A stretch of DNA of 64,000 nucleotides from a virus, in IMG/VR virus record IMGVR_UViG_3300049435_000061, positions 1-64,000 of that record; one strand, 5' to 3'. How positions within the stretch are numbered: position 1 is the stretch's first letter; every line of letters starts with the position of its first letter. The notes beneath the pieces are model-generated. The model searched no databases and was not told the DNA's origin. It saw nothing but the letters and a program-made list of their open reading frames with translations. Made by a program: the position numbers and the translations under genes. Positions 44,573-54,374 of this stretch are shown piece by piece.

Positions 44573-46378
44573 TTACATCCACACTCCCCAAACCTCTTGA
44601 TTGTCCGGCTGGTTGGCCAGCGTGCGACCCAAGCCCATGATCAGCGCAACAACGCCGTCGATCTTGTCTCCCGCATTCGCCTTGTCTGGCTTGACGTTTC
44701 CCGCCTCATCCATCGCCACTGCGAAGTTGTCAACCTGCCAACGCAGACACGGGTTGCCGCCGTGACGCACAACCGGGTGAATCGGCGCACCAGTCTTGTC
44801 GAGCCGTGAACCCATCTTGATAAGCCGCTGAGTGTCTTTGGTGGGTGCCGAAATCGACGCATAGCCTTGACGCATGGTCACCATCGGCGCACCGTCGTTG
44901 ACTAAATCGTTCACCAATTCCTGTGCGTGCCAAGGGTCGTAGGCTATTTCCTGCACGTCGAAATCTTCCAAGTCTTGGTCGATTTGAGCTTTGATGAAGT
45001 GATAGTCGGTGACGTTGCCGGGCGTGGTGCGCAGCCAGCCGTTCGGTATCCATTCGGTGGATGCAGCTTTCGCCGTGCGGTCGTCCAGGTTTTCAACGTT
45101 TTCTTCCGGCGTCCAAAACCGCGCCAGTACATCGAACCCGCCGCGATCCTCGTCGGGGAACACCCACACCAGCGCCGTGAGGTCGGAGGTGGAACCCAAG
45201 TCGAGACCGCCGTAGCAGGCTCGGCCTTTCAGCCGCTCGACGTCGACTATCGAGGCGTTGGCGTCCCACTCGTCCACGTCGATGTAGCGGAAAGCCTGCT
45301 TGGTGCGAATACCCAGGTGCAGCCGCAGATACCGGGCGTATTCGACCGGCGACTCTTTGGCTTTCTCCGCTTCACCTTTCAGGTAGCGGATGGTGGGTGA
45401 CACGCCGTAGCCGGGGTTGGCTTTCTTCAATGTGGCCACCGAGAACGGGTTGTCGCCTTTGATCAGCTTGCCGTCCTCGTAGACCGGCTTTTCGGCAGCC
45501 CAGATCACGCCGTAGGTGGTGATGTCTTTGAGCACACCGCTGGCGATCTGCTCGACGCGGTGACGGCGGCGGTCGTATGGGGTGTTGCGTTTACCGGAGT
45601 CGGCGGTGGTGATGAACATGATGAGCGGCTGAGTGCGACTGCCAGTGCCAGTCTCTAGCGCGTCGATCAGCTCCATGTTTTTGTGCAGGTGCAACTCGTC
45701 TATCACCGCACCGTGAATGTCCGCGCCGTGCTGTGCATCACCGGCATTGGCTATCGGCTTGAAGTAGCTTCCCGAGGCGGGGTGGCTGATCTTGTATTTG
45801 TACGGCTTGAGGTAGGCGCGCAGACCGGATTTGATAACCAGCTCGCGCATCGGCTCGAACACGAACGACGCCTGGTCTTTCTGGGTGGCAGCGGCAACCA
45901 CCTGCCCGCCGTGCTCGCCGTCCGCGCCGGTCAGATACAGCGCGATACCACCGGCCAAGGTGGTCTTACCGTTTTTGCGTGGCAGATCAACGTAGAGCAG
46001 CGTTATGACGCGCACCCATTCGCCACTGTCGGGCGATTTGATAACCCAACCGGCCCACGGTGCCAGCACGTAGGCAACCTGCCAGGTGTCGGGCTCGAAC
46101 ACGTGCCCGGCCATGTGACCTTTGGTGTGGCGCAGCTGGCGGAAAGTGTTGATGACTTTCTCGACGCGCGCCGGATCGAACCGGACTTTGCGCGCCTCAG
46201 CGGTTTTCGTGTAGCCCGGTTCGGGTGTCTTGATCAGGGGTGGACATTTCGGCGGCATGTAGCCGTGCGACTCTAGAAAGTCAGCAACTTCCGGTGAGAG
46301 TTTTAACGCATCGAGATCGGCGTTGTCCCAAGCTTTTTCGAGTCGGGTTTTACCCCGAACCGGCGAACGGGTTGTCAT
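44573..46378 (-). CDS. terL: terminase large subunit
   Basis: PRKNGKT, IDELH, GGLDLGSTSDLTA, KIDGVVA. Confidence 0.95.
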   Translation of the reverse strand: MTTRSPVRGKTRLEKAWDNADLDALKLSPEVADFLESHGYMPPKCPPLIKTPEPGYTKTAEARKVRFDPARVEKVINTFRQLRHTKGHMAGHVFEPDTWQVAYVLAPWAGWVIKSPDSGEWVRVITLLYVDLPRKNGKTTLAGGIALYLTGADGEHGGQVVAAATQKDQASFVFEPMRELVIKSGLRAYLKPYKYKISHPASGSYFKPIANAGDAQHGADIHGAVIDELHLHKNMELIDALETGTGSRTQPLIMFITTADSGKRNTPYDRRRHRVEQIASGVLKDITTYGVIWAAEKPVYEDGKLIKGDNPFSVATLKKANPGYGVSPTIRYLKGEAEKAKESPVEYARYLRLHLGIRTKQAFRYIDVDEWDANASIVDVERLKGRACYGGLDLGSTSDLTALVWVFPDEDRGGFDVLARFWTPEENVENLDDRTAKAASTEWIPNGWLRTTPGNVTDYHFIKAQIDQDLEDFDVQEIAYDPWHAQELVNDLVNDGAPMVTMRQGYASISAPTKDTQRLIKMGSRLDKTGAPIHPVVRHGGNPCLRWQVDNFAVAMDEAGNVKPDKANAGDKIDGVVALIMGLGRTLANQPDNQEVWGVWM

Positions 46379-46823
46379 TCGGCTCACCCGTACCGGCTGA
46401 CGGGCCAGCAAGTTTCATCTCGGCAGCTGGCGACAAACCGAACTCGGAGCACCACGACCGGAACTCTTTCGAGGCGTTGACCTCAATGCGAACCCAAGGT
46501 GCGATCACGAAACCGTAGTTGGTTTTGCTCACCGACCCGAGACGGTGGCGCTTGTCCACTGCATCACGCCACAGCGCGTACGCCTCACACAACATTTCCA
46601 GTGAGCTGCCGTCCAGCTCTTTGAGCAGGCCGAGGCGCGGCAGCTCGTCAACGATCCGATCCCACAACTCGGATGCGTGCTTGGACAGATGTTCAGGCTT
46701 CTCCGGTGGTATTCGGATGAAAGCTGGCGGCTTCGGGATTTTGCGCCCGCCGCTGTCACGCCCCTCGCTTCGACCTTCAACGAGTTTCAGGTTGGCGTGC
46801 CGGGATTTGCGTCCGGCAGTCAT
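46350..46823 (-). CDS. terS: terminase small subunit (P27 family)
   Basis: PEHLS...LW...LCEAY...EFGLSPAA. Confidence 0.9.
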   Translation of the reverse strand: MTAGRKSRHANLKLVEGRSEGRDSGGRKIPKPPAFIRIPPEKPEHLSKHASELWDRIVDELPRLGLLKELDGSSLEMLCEAYALWRDAVDKRHRLGSVSKTNYGFVIAPWVRIEVNASKEFRSWCSEFGLSPAAEMKLAGPSAGTGEPNDNPFAGSG

Positions 46824-47914
46824 GGTGTCTCCTTTTTGGGTGGCTGATATTCAAATGATCGAACCAACAGCCGCCGTGCTTGCAGATTACTTTTAGTCAT
46901 CATCGACCGCTTGCCGCTGCTCAACTTTTTCTGCCTGCCGATTTCACGAAACCGGGGCGAACGGGTGTATATACCGATCATGGCGGGATGTGCTGTGGCA
47001 CTGCGGAAGCGGTAGCCCTGCTCAGACACATGCTGTCCAAGCCAATGAGCCAGCCGCGAGGCAATGCCCAACCCCTGGTAGTCGGGCAACACCACGACGC
47101 GGTGGCCGAACTTGATGTCTTTGACTTTCGGGTGTGGGAAGTGGAAGTAACTCACGAACCCGCACAACTCATCATCGACGGTGGCGACGAAACACTTTGC
47201 GGCAGTGTGCAGCTCGGGACTCATATAGTGGTGTCGAGCAAACACCGGCCATATTGTCTTGTCGGCCTCAAAGATTTGGTAGCGCAACCTGGGGCGGGGT
47301 TGAACCGACCTCCAAGTGAACGCCTGATGGGTGACGTCGTACACCCATTCAGGTTGCAACCAGTCGATTACATCGTAATGACAGGTCACAGCAACAAGTT
47401 TTCGTTTCGACCGCCGAATCGCTTTCTGCACACTGTTGGATGCGATGCGCGCCACCTGGCGGTCCACCACGGATGTGAACTCGTCAATGACAATGGTCTC
47501 GTCGTCGCCGGTCTCTGCGATGGCGCGTGCCATATCGGCGCGGAACCGCTCGCCGTTGGATAGCGTGGAGTAGGGCCGCAACCAGGCAGGCACAGTGCCA
47601 AGGCCCACACCAGTCAGCAGCGCCGTAATGTCGTGGATCGAGACATCCTTCGGGTACTGCTCGATGATGGGCCGGTCGGTCCAGTCGAACGACTCAAAAA
47701 CCCGGTCACCCCAGAACTCACGTGCCATCACAGACTTACCGGCACCGGACGCACCGACCACCAGGCCGATCTGCCAGTCCTGCTCCTCGATGGGCAGGTT
47801 GTGCTCCCATGTGGTGGACAACTTCTGGTCCAACGGCAGGTCGAACATGCCCGAGACTTGTTTGACACGCGCGCTTTTCGGCGGGTCATATTCTAGGACG
47901 ATTTCAGTTTTCAT
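46820..47914 (-). CDS. ABC-type ATPase fused to GNAT acetyltransferase
   Basis: GASGAGKS, LSNGE, IDEF; VVLPDYQGLGIA. Confidence 0.85.
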   Translation of the reverse strand: MKTEIVLEYDPPKSARVKQVSGMFDLPLDQKLSTTWEHNLPIEEQDWQIGLVVGASGAGKSVMAREFWGDRVFESFDWTDRPIIEQYPKDVSIHDITALLTGVGLGTVPAWLRPYSTLSNGERFRADMARAIAETGDDETIVIDEFTSVVDRQVARIASNSVQKAIRRSKRKLVAVTCHYDVIDWLQPEWVYDVTHQAFTWRSVQPRPRLRYQIFEADKTIWPVFARHHYMSPELHTAAKCFVATVDDELCGFVSYFHFPHPKVKDIKFGHRVVVLPDYQGLGIASRLAHWLGQHVSEQGYRFRSATAHPAMIGIYTRSPRFREIGRQKKLSSGKRSMMTKSNLQARRLLVRSFEYQPPKKETP

Positions 47915-48126
47915 TGCGACATCCACCACCGCTTGACGTCCGCAAAAAACATCGTACACAACCCGGCGTCCCACTGGGCTTTTAGCAACTCCTCGGCGGC
48001 ATCCAAAACATCTGGCACTTCAGTGTTTTCGGCCAGCCACGTTGCGATCACCCCAAGGTCACGGGTTCGCACTTTAGGAGACTCCACCATCTGGGTCAAA
48101 ACCTCGGCCTGGTCTGCGGCGTTCAC
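47911..48126 (-). CDS. hypothetical protein
   Basis: Coupled ORF. Confidence 0.6.
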   Translation of the reverse strand: MNAADQAEVLTQMVESPKVRTRDLGVIATWLAENTEVPDVLDAAEELLKAQWDAGLCTMFFADVKRWWMSQ

Positions 48127-48767
48127 ATCAAAGCCCTAGTCGTAAAGCCTTCGCCCTCAAGCTGGTCGATCAACGCAACCTGCTGCGCCTCGGTCTCGCA
48201 CTCGACTATCACACCGAACACACGCGACTCAGCGGTGGTGTCAGCATCGCCTTCAATCACATTGTTGCCCAGAAGTTTTTCCAACTCTTCGGTGGTGTAG
48301 CCGGTGCCTTCCAAGTTGGGGATGGACGACAGCAGCTCGCCGAGGATTTCCTCGTCGTATTTGCCTTTGTCACCGATGCGATTGTCGGCGGCGACGATTC
48401 GCGCCGCCTCGACGTCATCCACATCCACCATGTGCACCAACGCGACCTGCCATAACTCAGGGTCCGCCTCAGCCAGTTCACGCAAAGCCATCACCGTGTG
48501 GTTTCCGGCCAACACTTCGTTTGGCCTGCCGGTTTTGCTGCCCCTGTTGACCACGACCGGCTTGTACTGGCTGTTGATCAGCAGGCTTTCCTTCAAGGCT
48601 TCCAGATCGCCTCTGCGCGGGTTCTTGTGGTAGAGCGACAGATCCGACAACGGCAGGCGTGGCGCGGGGGTGGCGAGAAACCTCTGCAAATCCTCGTTGA
48701 CGCCGGTCGGCTGGCTGGCCTCGGCGATCTCGGCGGCGACCTCAGGGTCGAACTTGGCGGCTTTCAT
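48123..48767 (-). CDS. ParB/Srx-like protein
   Basis: KNPRRGD...PVVV...LAGNHT...AADNR. Confidence 0.85.
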   Translation of the reverse strand: MKAAKFDPEVAAEIAEASQPTGVNEDLQRFLATPAPRLPLSDLSLYHKNPRRGDLEALKESLLINSQYKPVVVNRGSKTGRPNEVLAGNHTVMALRELAEADPELWQVALVHMVDVDDVEAARIVAADNRIGDKGKYDEEILGELLSSIPNLEGTGYTTEELEKLLGNNVIEGDADTTAESRVFGVIVECETEAQQVALIDQLEGEGFTTRALM

Positions 48768-48973
48768 TTGCCCACCAGGTTTTTGGCTATCGACGTGAAG
48801 TAGGCCCGGTAAAAGTCTCGGTCGGTGGCGTAGGTCTGGAATCGTGGATCGGTTGGGACGACTGGCGCATCGTCGGCCAACCAGCGCCGTAGGTTGGCTA
48901 CCGCTGTAGCCATGTGTCGTCGCCATTCGGCGGCATCCTCACCGCTGAACTGGCGTGCCAGGTCTGGCATCAC
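48764..48973 (-). CDS. hypothetical protein
   Basis: Coupled ORF. Confidence 0.55.
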   Translation of the reverse strand: MMPDLARQFSGEDAAEWRRHMATAVANLRRWLADDAPVVPTDPRFQTYATDRDFYRAYFTSIAKNLVGK

Positions 48974-49146
48974 TGCCCTCTCTGAGCTGCGAGCACCGAT
49001 TGCAGGGTGATGACAGCCTCATTGGCTCGGTCAACCCCGGCATCGACGTCGCCGCCGTCCTCGATGACAGCCAGCAAATCGTCAACAGCGGCTACCACAT
49101 CGAGTTTGGCGACGTTGAGTGGCAAAGTGACTGTGTTAGTGCACAT
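48970..49146 (-). CDS. hypothetical protein
   Basis: RBS and ORF. Confidence 0.5.
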   Translation of the reverse strand: MCTNTVTLPLNVAKLDVVAAVDDLLAVIEDGGDVDAGVDRANEAVITLQSVLAAQRGQ

Positions 49147-49156
49147 TTCACTACCT

Positions 49157-49363
49157 TTACTTCGACTGTGTATAAAGATCAACCAAACCCATCTCATCAA
49201 CGATGCGCTCGGCGCGGTGACGCGACAACGTTGTGCCACCACCTGTGCCATACAGCTCCCTTTTGCAGTACATACACGATGAGCCATAGTCTTGAAGCTG
49301 ATGGGACGCAATGATTCTAGTTATTCGTTCCACCAGCTCGTCGCGCAGCTCAACTTTGTTCAC
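49157..49363 (-). CDS. hypothetical protein
   Basis: ORF with CxxC. Confidence 0.55.
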   Translation of the reverse strand: MNKVELRDELVERITRIIASHQLQDYGSSCMYCKRELYGTGGGTTLSRHRAERIVDEMGLVDLYTQSK

Positions 49364-49369
49364 GGTCGG

Positions 49370-49594
49370 TCACGGTCCCACCGACGTCCGAGACAACGGC
49401 AGCCATTCGTTGTTGTACACCGTCGTCCAATTAGGTCCGAGCGTAGCGACAGTGTTCTCGAACATCTCTTGGTAGGAATACGATCCTGCGCCGTTCACCA
49501 GCAACCGCCACTGGATGTCCAACACTGTCAGCTGACCAGCACCCGGCTTGGCCTGGCCGAAACAGTTGCGAGCGACCATCGAATGATTGCCCAT
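49370..49594 (-). CDS. hypothetical protein
   Basis: Coupled ORF. Confidence 0.5.
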   Translation of the reverse strand: MGNHSMVARNCFGQAKPGAGQLTVLDIQWRLLVNGAGSYSYQEMFENTVATLGPNWTTVYNNEWLPLSRTSVGP

Positions 49595-49767
49595 CAGCGC
49601 CGCTTGGTCAGGTCAACGATAGGGTCGTTTGGGAACTGCCTACGCGCCGCGCGCTTGGCATTCCACTTGCGTTTGTGCGACTCGCCTTGGGCGGTCACCG
49701 CACCGTTGAAAGCACGTCTATGCCAACGGTACTGACCGTTAACGTCCCGGTAAATCTCGATTTTCAC
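49594..49767 (-). CDS. DUF1508/YegP-like protein
   Basis: EIYRDVNGQYRW...NG...AQGE. Confidence 0.65.
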   Translation of the reverse strand: MKIEIYRDVNGQYRWHRRAFNGAVTAQGESHKRKWNAKRAARRQFPNDPIVDLTKRR

Positions 49768-50072
49768 GAGCCGACCACCGCACCATCCTCGGTCCAACGG
49801 AACTCACCGACAGGCCGATGCATTTGGCAGCCAGTGCAATAGGTGGCACCGTAGAACTTCGGGTCACGAGCATAGGTCTCGCACAACGCCTCACCCATCG
49901 TTGTCTGGGTACCGCACCCGTCAACGTGCATGTAACTGCGACGCACTGGCCGCACAAAGCCTTTGGCCCGTTCCTCATCCGACAGGATCAGGTAGGCGTC
50001 GGCCTGCGGACCGGGTTGTGTGTCGGCACCGTGGGTTAGGCGCGGGTCGTTGGGATCACTTGTGAGACTCAT
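49764..50072 (-). CDS. Cys-containing phage hypothetical protein
   Basis: ERAKGFVRPVRRSY...CG...YGATYCTGC. Confidence 0.7.
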   Translation of the reverse strand: MSLTSDPNDPRLTHGADTQPGPQADAYLILSDEERAKGFVRPVRRSYMHVDGCGTQTTMGEALCETYARDPKFYGATYCTGCQMHRPVGEFRWTEDGAVVGS

Positions 50073-50334
50073 TGTTGCCTTCGGCTTTCTCGGTGGCGAT
50101 AGCGCTCTGAGCTGCACCTATGTGCTGGAAATAGACGGTCCACCATGAGATACCCATGATGATCCACACCGAATTGCGCAGGCCGGTAAGCATCACCACC
50201 AACGACAGCGACAGTGACAGCCAGAACAGGCATCGGTGGATGATGACGGCGCGTTTGCCGATGTGCAGCCAGTTGACCGGGTCGACCTTGTTGAAGCCGT
50301 TGACGACGACGCGCACCAGACCGGGGTGGATCAT
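50056..50334 (-). CDS. membrane protein
   Basis: Two hydrophobic segments. Confidence 0.5.
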   Translation of the reverse strand: MIHPGLVRVVVNGFNKVDPVNWLHIGKRAVIIHRCLFWLSLSLSLVVMLTGLRNSVWIIMGISWWTVYFQHIGAAQSAIATEKAEGNNESHK

Positions 50335-50527
50335 TGCAGGCTGGACCGCAAAAACTGGCGCACCATATCGGCGGGCCATTTGCTGGCGTACCGCTCGGCG
50401 ACCTTCTCGGGGTCGAACGAGCAACCGTGGCCCCGGTGATCCTCGGGTGTCGAGCCGTCCAGCGCGCTCACGCGCGGCGCGTTTCCGCTGATAGGCGCGT
50501 TTTCCGGCATCGAGAGTGCTTGCGGCT

Positions 50528-50728
50528 CTAGCGCTTTGCCGGGCGCTGGTAACGCGGCACGGCAGCCTGATAATCGGCGAGGGCATCCTTCACCTTTGCC
50601 ACCGCCACACGGGTTACCGCGCCGGTAGCCTGGATGCCTGCGAGCAGGTCGGCGTGCGCCTGGTCCAGCTCATCTTTGGCATCGCCGAGGGAGGTAGCCT
50701 CTGCTGTGAGGTCACGTTTGTTGGCCAT
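50528..50728 (-). CDS. hypothetical protein
   Basis: RBS AGGAG. Confidence 0.6.
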   Translation of the reverse strand: MANKRDLTAEATSLGDAKDELDQAHADLLAGIQATGAVTRVAVAKVKDALADYQAAVPRYQRPAKR

Positions 50729-50916
50729 TGGAACTCCTATCTTGTTGGTAGGCAAAGGGTTTGGCGGGCTTGCTAGCCACCAAAGCTGTTGTGCCACTCA
50801 ATATTTCGACAATTCTGAGACGGCATATGCCGGGACGCGGTGCGTTGACCGCCGGACGGCGGTTTCGCGCCTGCACCCCTCCCCCCATACTCGTTGCGGC
50901 GCAACAGGTTTGGCGG

Positions 50917-51072
50917 TCAGTACCAGTGATTGCGACCGCCGACGCTGTGCCCTGTCGACCCCGCGACAAACAGCACAGCACCAAGCACCAGCAGCGCCAC
51001 GCCGATCCAGAACAGGACCGGAATGCCGAACACGAGACCGAGCACGAGCAGGATCAATCCGAGAATAGCCAT
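50917..51072 (-). CDS. small 2-TM protein (DUF6131-like)
   Basis: MAILGLILLVLG...GHSVGGRNHWY; RBS GGGAG. Confidence 0.65.
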   Translation of the reverse strand: MAILGLILLVLGLVFGIPVLFWIGVALLVLGAVLFVAGSTGHSVGGRNHWY

Positions 51073-51364
51073 CGTTGTTGTCTCCCTTTGGATTTGGTTT
51101 AGAATTTAGGTTTCGGATTTGGGCGGTCGGGGATGGTGACGGTGGTCATGGGCCATCCGGTGGCTGCCCTGCCATCGCCGCCGTGACCGAGAAGCCAGGC
51201 ACCGCCGCGACCGCCACCGCCACCAGGGCCACCAACGGCAGAGGTCCGCCAGGCAGGCGGATGATGATGGCTAATGGCATATGTCACGTTGGGTCGATTG
51301 TCTATGCGGGCAGCAAGCACCATCAGGTTGCGGGCTACACGCTGCCGCAACGGCTTCCGACCGC

Positions 51365-51556
51365 TCACTCGGCATCCTCTTCGAGCTGGTCGGGTGCCGG
51401 TCCGGCGTCGCTTGGCGGCTGTGTGTTGTCCGGTGCCGGTCCCTCATGGGATGGCCTGCCATCGTTGTCGGGTGCCGGTCCTGAATCCGATGGCGGTTGG
51501 CTGCCCTCATACTGCTTGTCGTGTGATGTGTTCGACTTGTGCTCTTTATCGGTCAT
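51365..51556 (-). CDS. acidic low-complexity peptide (GPAPD x3)
   Basis: RBS AAGGGAG; internal repeats. Confidence 0.55.
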   Translation of the reverse strand: MTDKEHKSNTSHDKQYEGSQPPSDSGPAPDNDGRPSHEGPAPDNTQPPSDAGPAPDQLEEDAE

Positions 51557-51581
51557 GTTTGTCTCCCTTATCTTTTGGGCG

Positions 51582-51983
51582 TTACGGGTTGATAGACACA
51601 ATCGGCACAGGCGTCACCAAGCCGTTAGCGACATTGAAGACCGGCGTCACCACTGGCACAACAATCGCCACCACCGGCGCTGTAACCGCCGCAACCACCG
51701 GCTGTGCGGGCGCTGTAACGACATTGGCTATCGGCTGTGCAGCCGCAACCGTTGACTGTTCAACACTTGCCACCTGCGACGACAGTGCCGCGACAGGTGC
51801 CACAACGGGTGAGCTGACGGTGGTGGCGGTGCTACCGACCGCCTGCGGAACCTGTGTTGCCACAACGGTTGTGGCGATGGCGGCGGTGCCAATCAACGGT
51901 GCCGCAACAGTGTCGGTCGGCAGCCCAACCGGGGTGAACGTCAGGACGGCACTCATCAGTGCCGCCAACAGTGAGGTGGGCAT
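51582..51983 (-). CDS. Ala/Val/Pro-rich, possibly exported protein
   Basis: RBS AAGGAG; VAAPV/VTAPV repeats. Confidence 0.55.
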   Translation of the reverse strand: MPTSLLAALMSAVLTFTPVGLPTDTVAAPLIGTAAIATTVVATQVPQAVGSTATTVSSPVVAPVAALSSQVASVEQSTVAAAQPIANVVTAPAQPVVAAVTAPVVAIVVPVVTPVFNVANGLVTPVPIVSINP

Positions 51984-51993
51984 ACGGGTCTCC

Positions 51994-52374
51994 TTATCTG
52001 AGGCGCGTCTTGCCTCGTTGCGCATCGAGCGCGTTCTTCTCATCGTTGTGGGTCTTGCACAACGATTGAAGGTTGGTGTAGGAGTAGCGCAGGTCGGGTG
52101 CCTCGGCTACCGGGATGATGTGGTCGACAAACGCTGCCGGTCTTTTACAGACAGGTGAACGTCCGACACCGGCTGTCGGCGTCTCCCACTGGCAGATCGG
52201 GTCGTTGGCGATTTTGGTGTTGCGCAGCCTGCGCCATTTACCACCGCCACCACCACCGGCATACGACGTTGACGAACCGTCGCGTGGCTTCCATGCCGGG
52301 TTGCATTGCGGGCAACGCCTTCCGGTGATCAGCCGTTGGCACCGTGGGCACACCCGTGGTGGTCTACTCGGCAT
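51994..52374 (-). CDS. HNH endonuclease
   Basis: VDHIIP...NLQSLCKTHN. Confidence 0.88.
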   Translation of the reverse strand: MPSRPPRVCPRCQRLITGRRCPQCNPAWKPRDGSSTSYAGGGGGGKWRRLRNTKIANDPICQWETPTAGVGRSPVCKRPAAFVDHIIPVAEAPDLRYSYTNLQSLCKTHNDEKNALDAQRGKTRLR

Positions 52375-52669
52375 CGCGTATCGCCTGCATGGCCTGCGCC
52401 AGTGCGGCTTTGGCACTTGCCATCGCCGCATTCCATCGGTCGACAAAAAAGTCCGCCGCCGCTTGGGCCACCACCTCAGCCAAAGGGTCCACCGTTGGCG
52501 TCCAATACTGTGGAATCTGTTGCGGCTCACTAGTGATCGGCAGCATTGACCCGCCAACCACCACGCCGTCGACCACACGCTGTTCGGTAACGCTCCCATC
52601 AGCAGATATGCGACGCCGCACATACGATGCCGGAAGGTCGGTCATCCGTGCCCACGATGGGTTGTTCAC
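52364..52669 (-). CDS. hypothetical protein
   Basis: ORF in operon. Confidence 0.55.
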   Translation of the reverse strand: MNNPSWARMTDLPASYVRRRISADGSVTEQRVVDGVVVGGSMLPITSEPQQIPQYWTPTVDPLAEVVAQAAADFFVDRWNAAMASAKAALAQAMQAIRDAE

Positions 52670-52785
52670 CGTGCCACCAGCACCGCAATCACCGCCGCCA
52701 ACACCAAACCCCAGGTGCAGGCGAAGATGGCAGCCAAAGCGAATGCGCTGGACGGCTCGTGGCGTGGGTGCGGCATTTGTCGCAC

Positions 52786-53076
52786 CTACTGCCGCTTGAA
52801 CAGTGGGTTGTCGGTGTACAGCAGCGGGTTGACGGTGCCGCCGTCGAACCGGACGGTGAACCCGGTGACATTGCCCTCGTTGAGCCGCTCGACCGTCAAA
52901 GCGTTCTGCTGGTCAGCCAAATGTTCCATCACCTGCGCCATGTGCTCGACAATCTTGGCGACCTCCGGTGGCGTCATCGTCTTCAACCGCGCAGCCACCG
53001 CCAGATCCTCTTTGGTGGGTGCGGTCATCCGTTCATACACCGACCGCATCCGCTGGCCGGGTTCAGGTTGGGTCAC
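52786..53076 (-). CDS. hypothetical protein
   Basis: Coupled ORF. Confidence 0.6.
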   Translation of the reverse strand: MTQPEPGQRMRSVYERMTAPTKEDLAVAARLKTMTPPEVAKIVEHMAQVMEHLADQQNALTVERLNEGNVTGFTVRFDGGTVNPLLYTDNPLFKRQ

Positions 53077-53597
53077 TGTTGTTGTCCTTTACGGGCTTTG
53101 GTGCAGTTGTTGCACAAGCCGTCCTTTAGTGGGAGGTCTGCGACACCACACTCCGCACAGGTGGACTCATAGAACTGCCGCTCCATGTTGCGCCGCATAT
53201 CGTCGAGAGTTGTTGGTGCGTGCGGGCATTCACCGTTGAGTGAGGCCATCGAGCGGATGTAGCCTGGCGCATCGACACGCGCCGCGCCTTCGGTGACAGG
53301 CAAAACCACCAGTGTGTTGCCACAGCTTCGGCACAGCACAGCGACATCGCTGACCTGTGGCGCTGTATCGGTCTTGTCGCGCAGAAAACCGTGGGCGTCG
53401 AGCAGGCCAATGATGGCTTCGCTGGTGTGGCGTTTGATGGTGCGAACAGCGGCGCTGTCGTGGGCGAACGGCAGCATGTTGATGACGCCGTACTCGTCGT
53501 GGGGCAGCGAGGCCAGGTTGTTGTACAGAAGTTCGATGGCAGCCGCGTTAGGTTGCGGTTGCGGTTGTGGGTTTAACTCTGGGCTTGGGTTTGACAT
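53073..53597 (-). CDS. Zn-finger-containing hypothetical protein
   Basis: CxxC pairs. Confidence 0.65.
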   Translation of the reverse strand: MSNPSPELNPQPQPQPNAAAIELLYNNLASLPHDEYGVINMLPFAHDSAAVRTIKRHTSEAIIGLLDAHGFLRDKTDTAPQVSDVAVLCRSCGNTLVVLPVTEGAARVDAPGYIRSMASLNGECPHAPTTLDDMRRNMERQFYESTCAECGVADLPLKDGLCNNCTKARKGQQQ

Positions 53598-53748
53598 GAC
53601 TGTGTTGGTCTTCCCATTGGTTGAGTAGATCGTTGATCCGCATGTGGGTTTTGGCGGTGGCCCTCACCGCCTCATCGGGCGGCATGTCGGGCCGCACCAT
53701 GCGGAGGGTAGACAACTCGGCGGTGATAAGGTCCTCGATTGGGTCCAT
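53548..53748 (-). CDS. hypothetical protein
   Basis: First ORF after attenuator. Confidence 0.5.
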   Translation of the reverse strand: MDPIEDLITAELSTLRMVRPDMPPDEAVRATAKTHMRINDLLNQWEDQHSHVKPKPRVKPTTATAT

Positions 53749-53780
53749 GAGAAACCACCTCTGAACTGGGTGGATGGTAC

Positions 53781-53811
53781 AAAAAACCCGCCCATACGTT
53801 TTTGGGCGGGT
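53781..53811 (-). terminator. intrinsic terminator just downstream of promoter
   Basis: ACCCGCCCA-loop-TGGGCGGGT followed by T-tract. Confidence 0.8.
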
Positions 53812-53852
53812 CCGGTTTTGGACATAGTTGTGGTCAAAACTCGATTACGCAA

Positions 53853-53880
53853 AATCTACCAGGATTCCTCTATGTGTCAA
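53853..53880 (-). promoter_or_regulatory. candidate late promoter
   Basis: TTGACA-N16-TAGATT with TGn extension. Confidence 0.6.
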
Positions 53881-53881
53881 A

Positions 53882-54374
53882 TTAATCTAGGGCCAAACGA
53901 ACAAGCTCATCACGTGACGGCACCAACGTGTCGATGAACCCCTTGAGACGTTCGGAAAGCCGAAAATCCTCACGCCTACCGATGCGTTCGGCGGCGAACT
54001 GTTGGTGACGCAAGCGTTCGACGTCGTAACGGCCATACTCAACTTGCTACCACATATTGCAGGTCCGCTCGCAGGGCATTAAGCCGTAGCTTCAAATTCG
54101 TTGTGGTACCGATCTTTACAGTCGACGGGCCGACCATCAGGTAATAGACAAAAGATGGCAATACTGGTGAATCAGTTTGCATATCAACGGAATCCGAATA
54201 GCGTTCCCACGCCGTATGGACACGGTGTGAAATAACAAACGCATGGACGACACAAACCGGCAATTCGTCAAACGGCATCTGATCACAATCGTGAAATGCA
54301 CATGACGGAACCGGCTCCAGCTCATCTGACCGGGGGAACCTACTAGCGTCTGGCCACATACGGTTACCCGTCAC
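53882..54374 (-). pseudogene. GIY-YIG/T5orf172-like gene with 1-nt frameshift
   Basis: VYYL...VKIGTTTNLKLRL; continues EYG...ERLRHQQFA...EDF in shifted frame near 54044. Confidence 0.65.
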
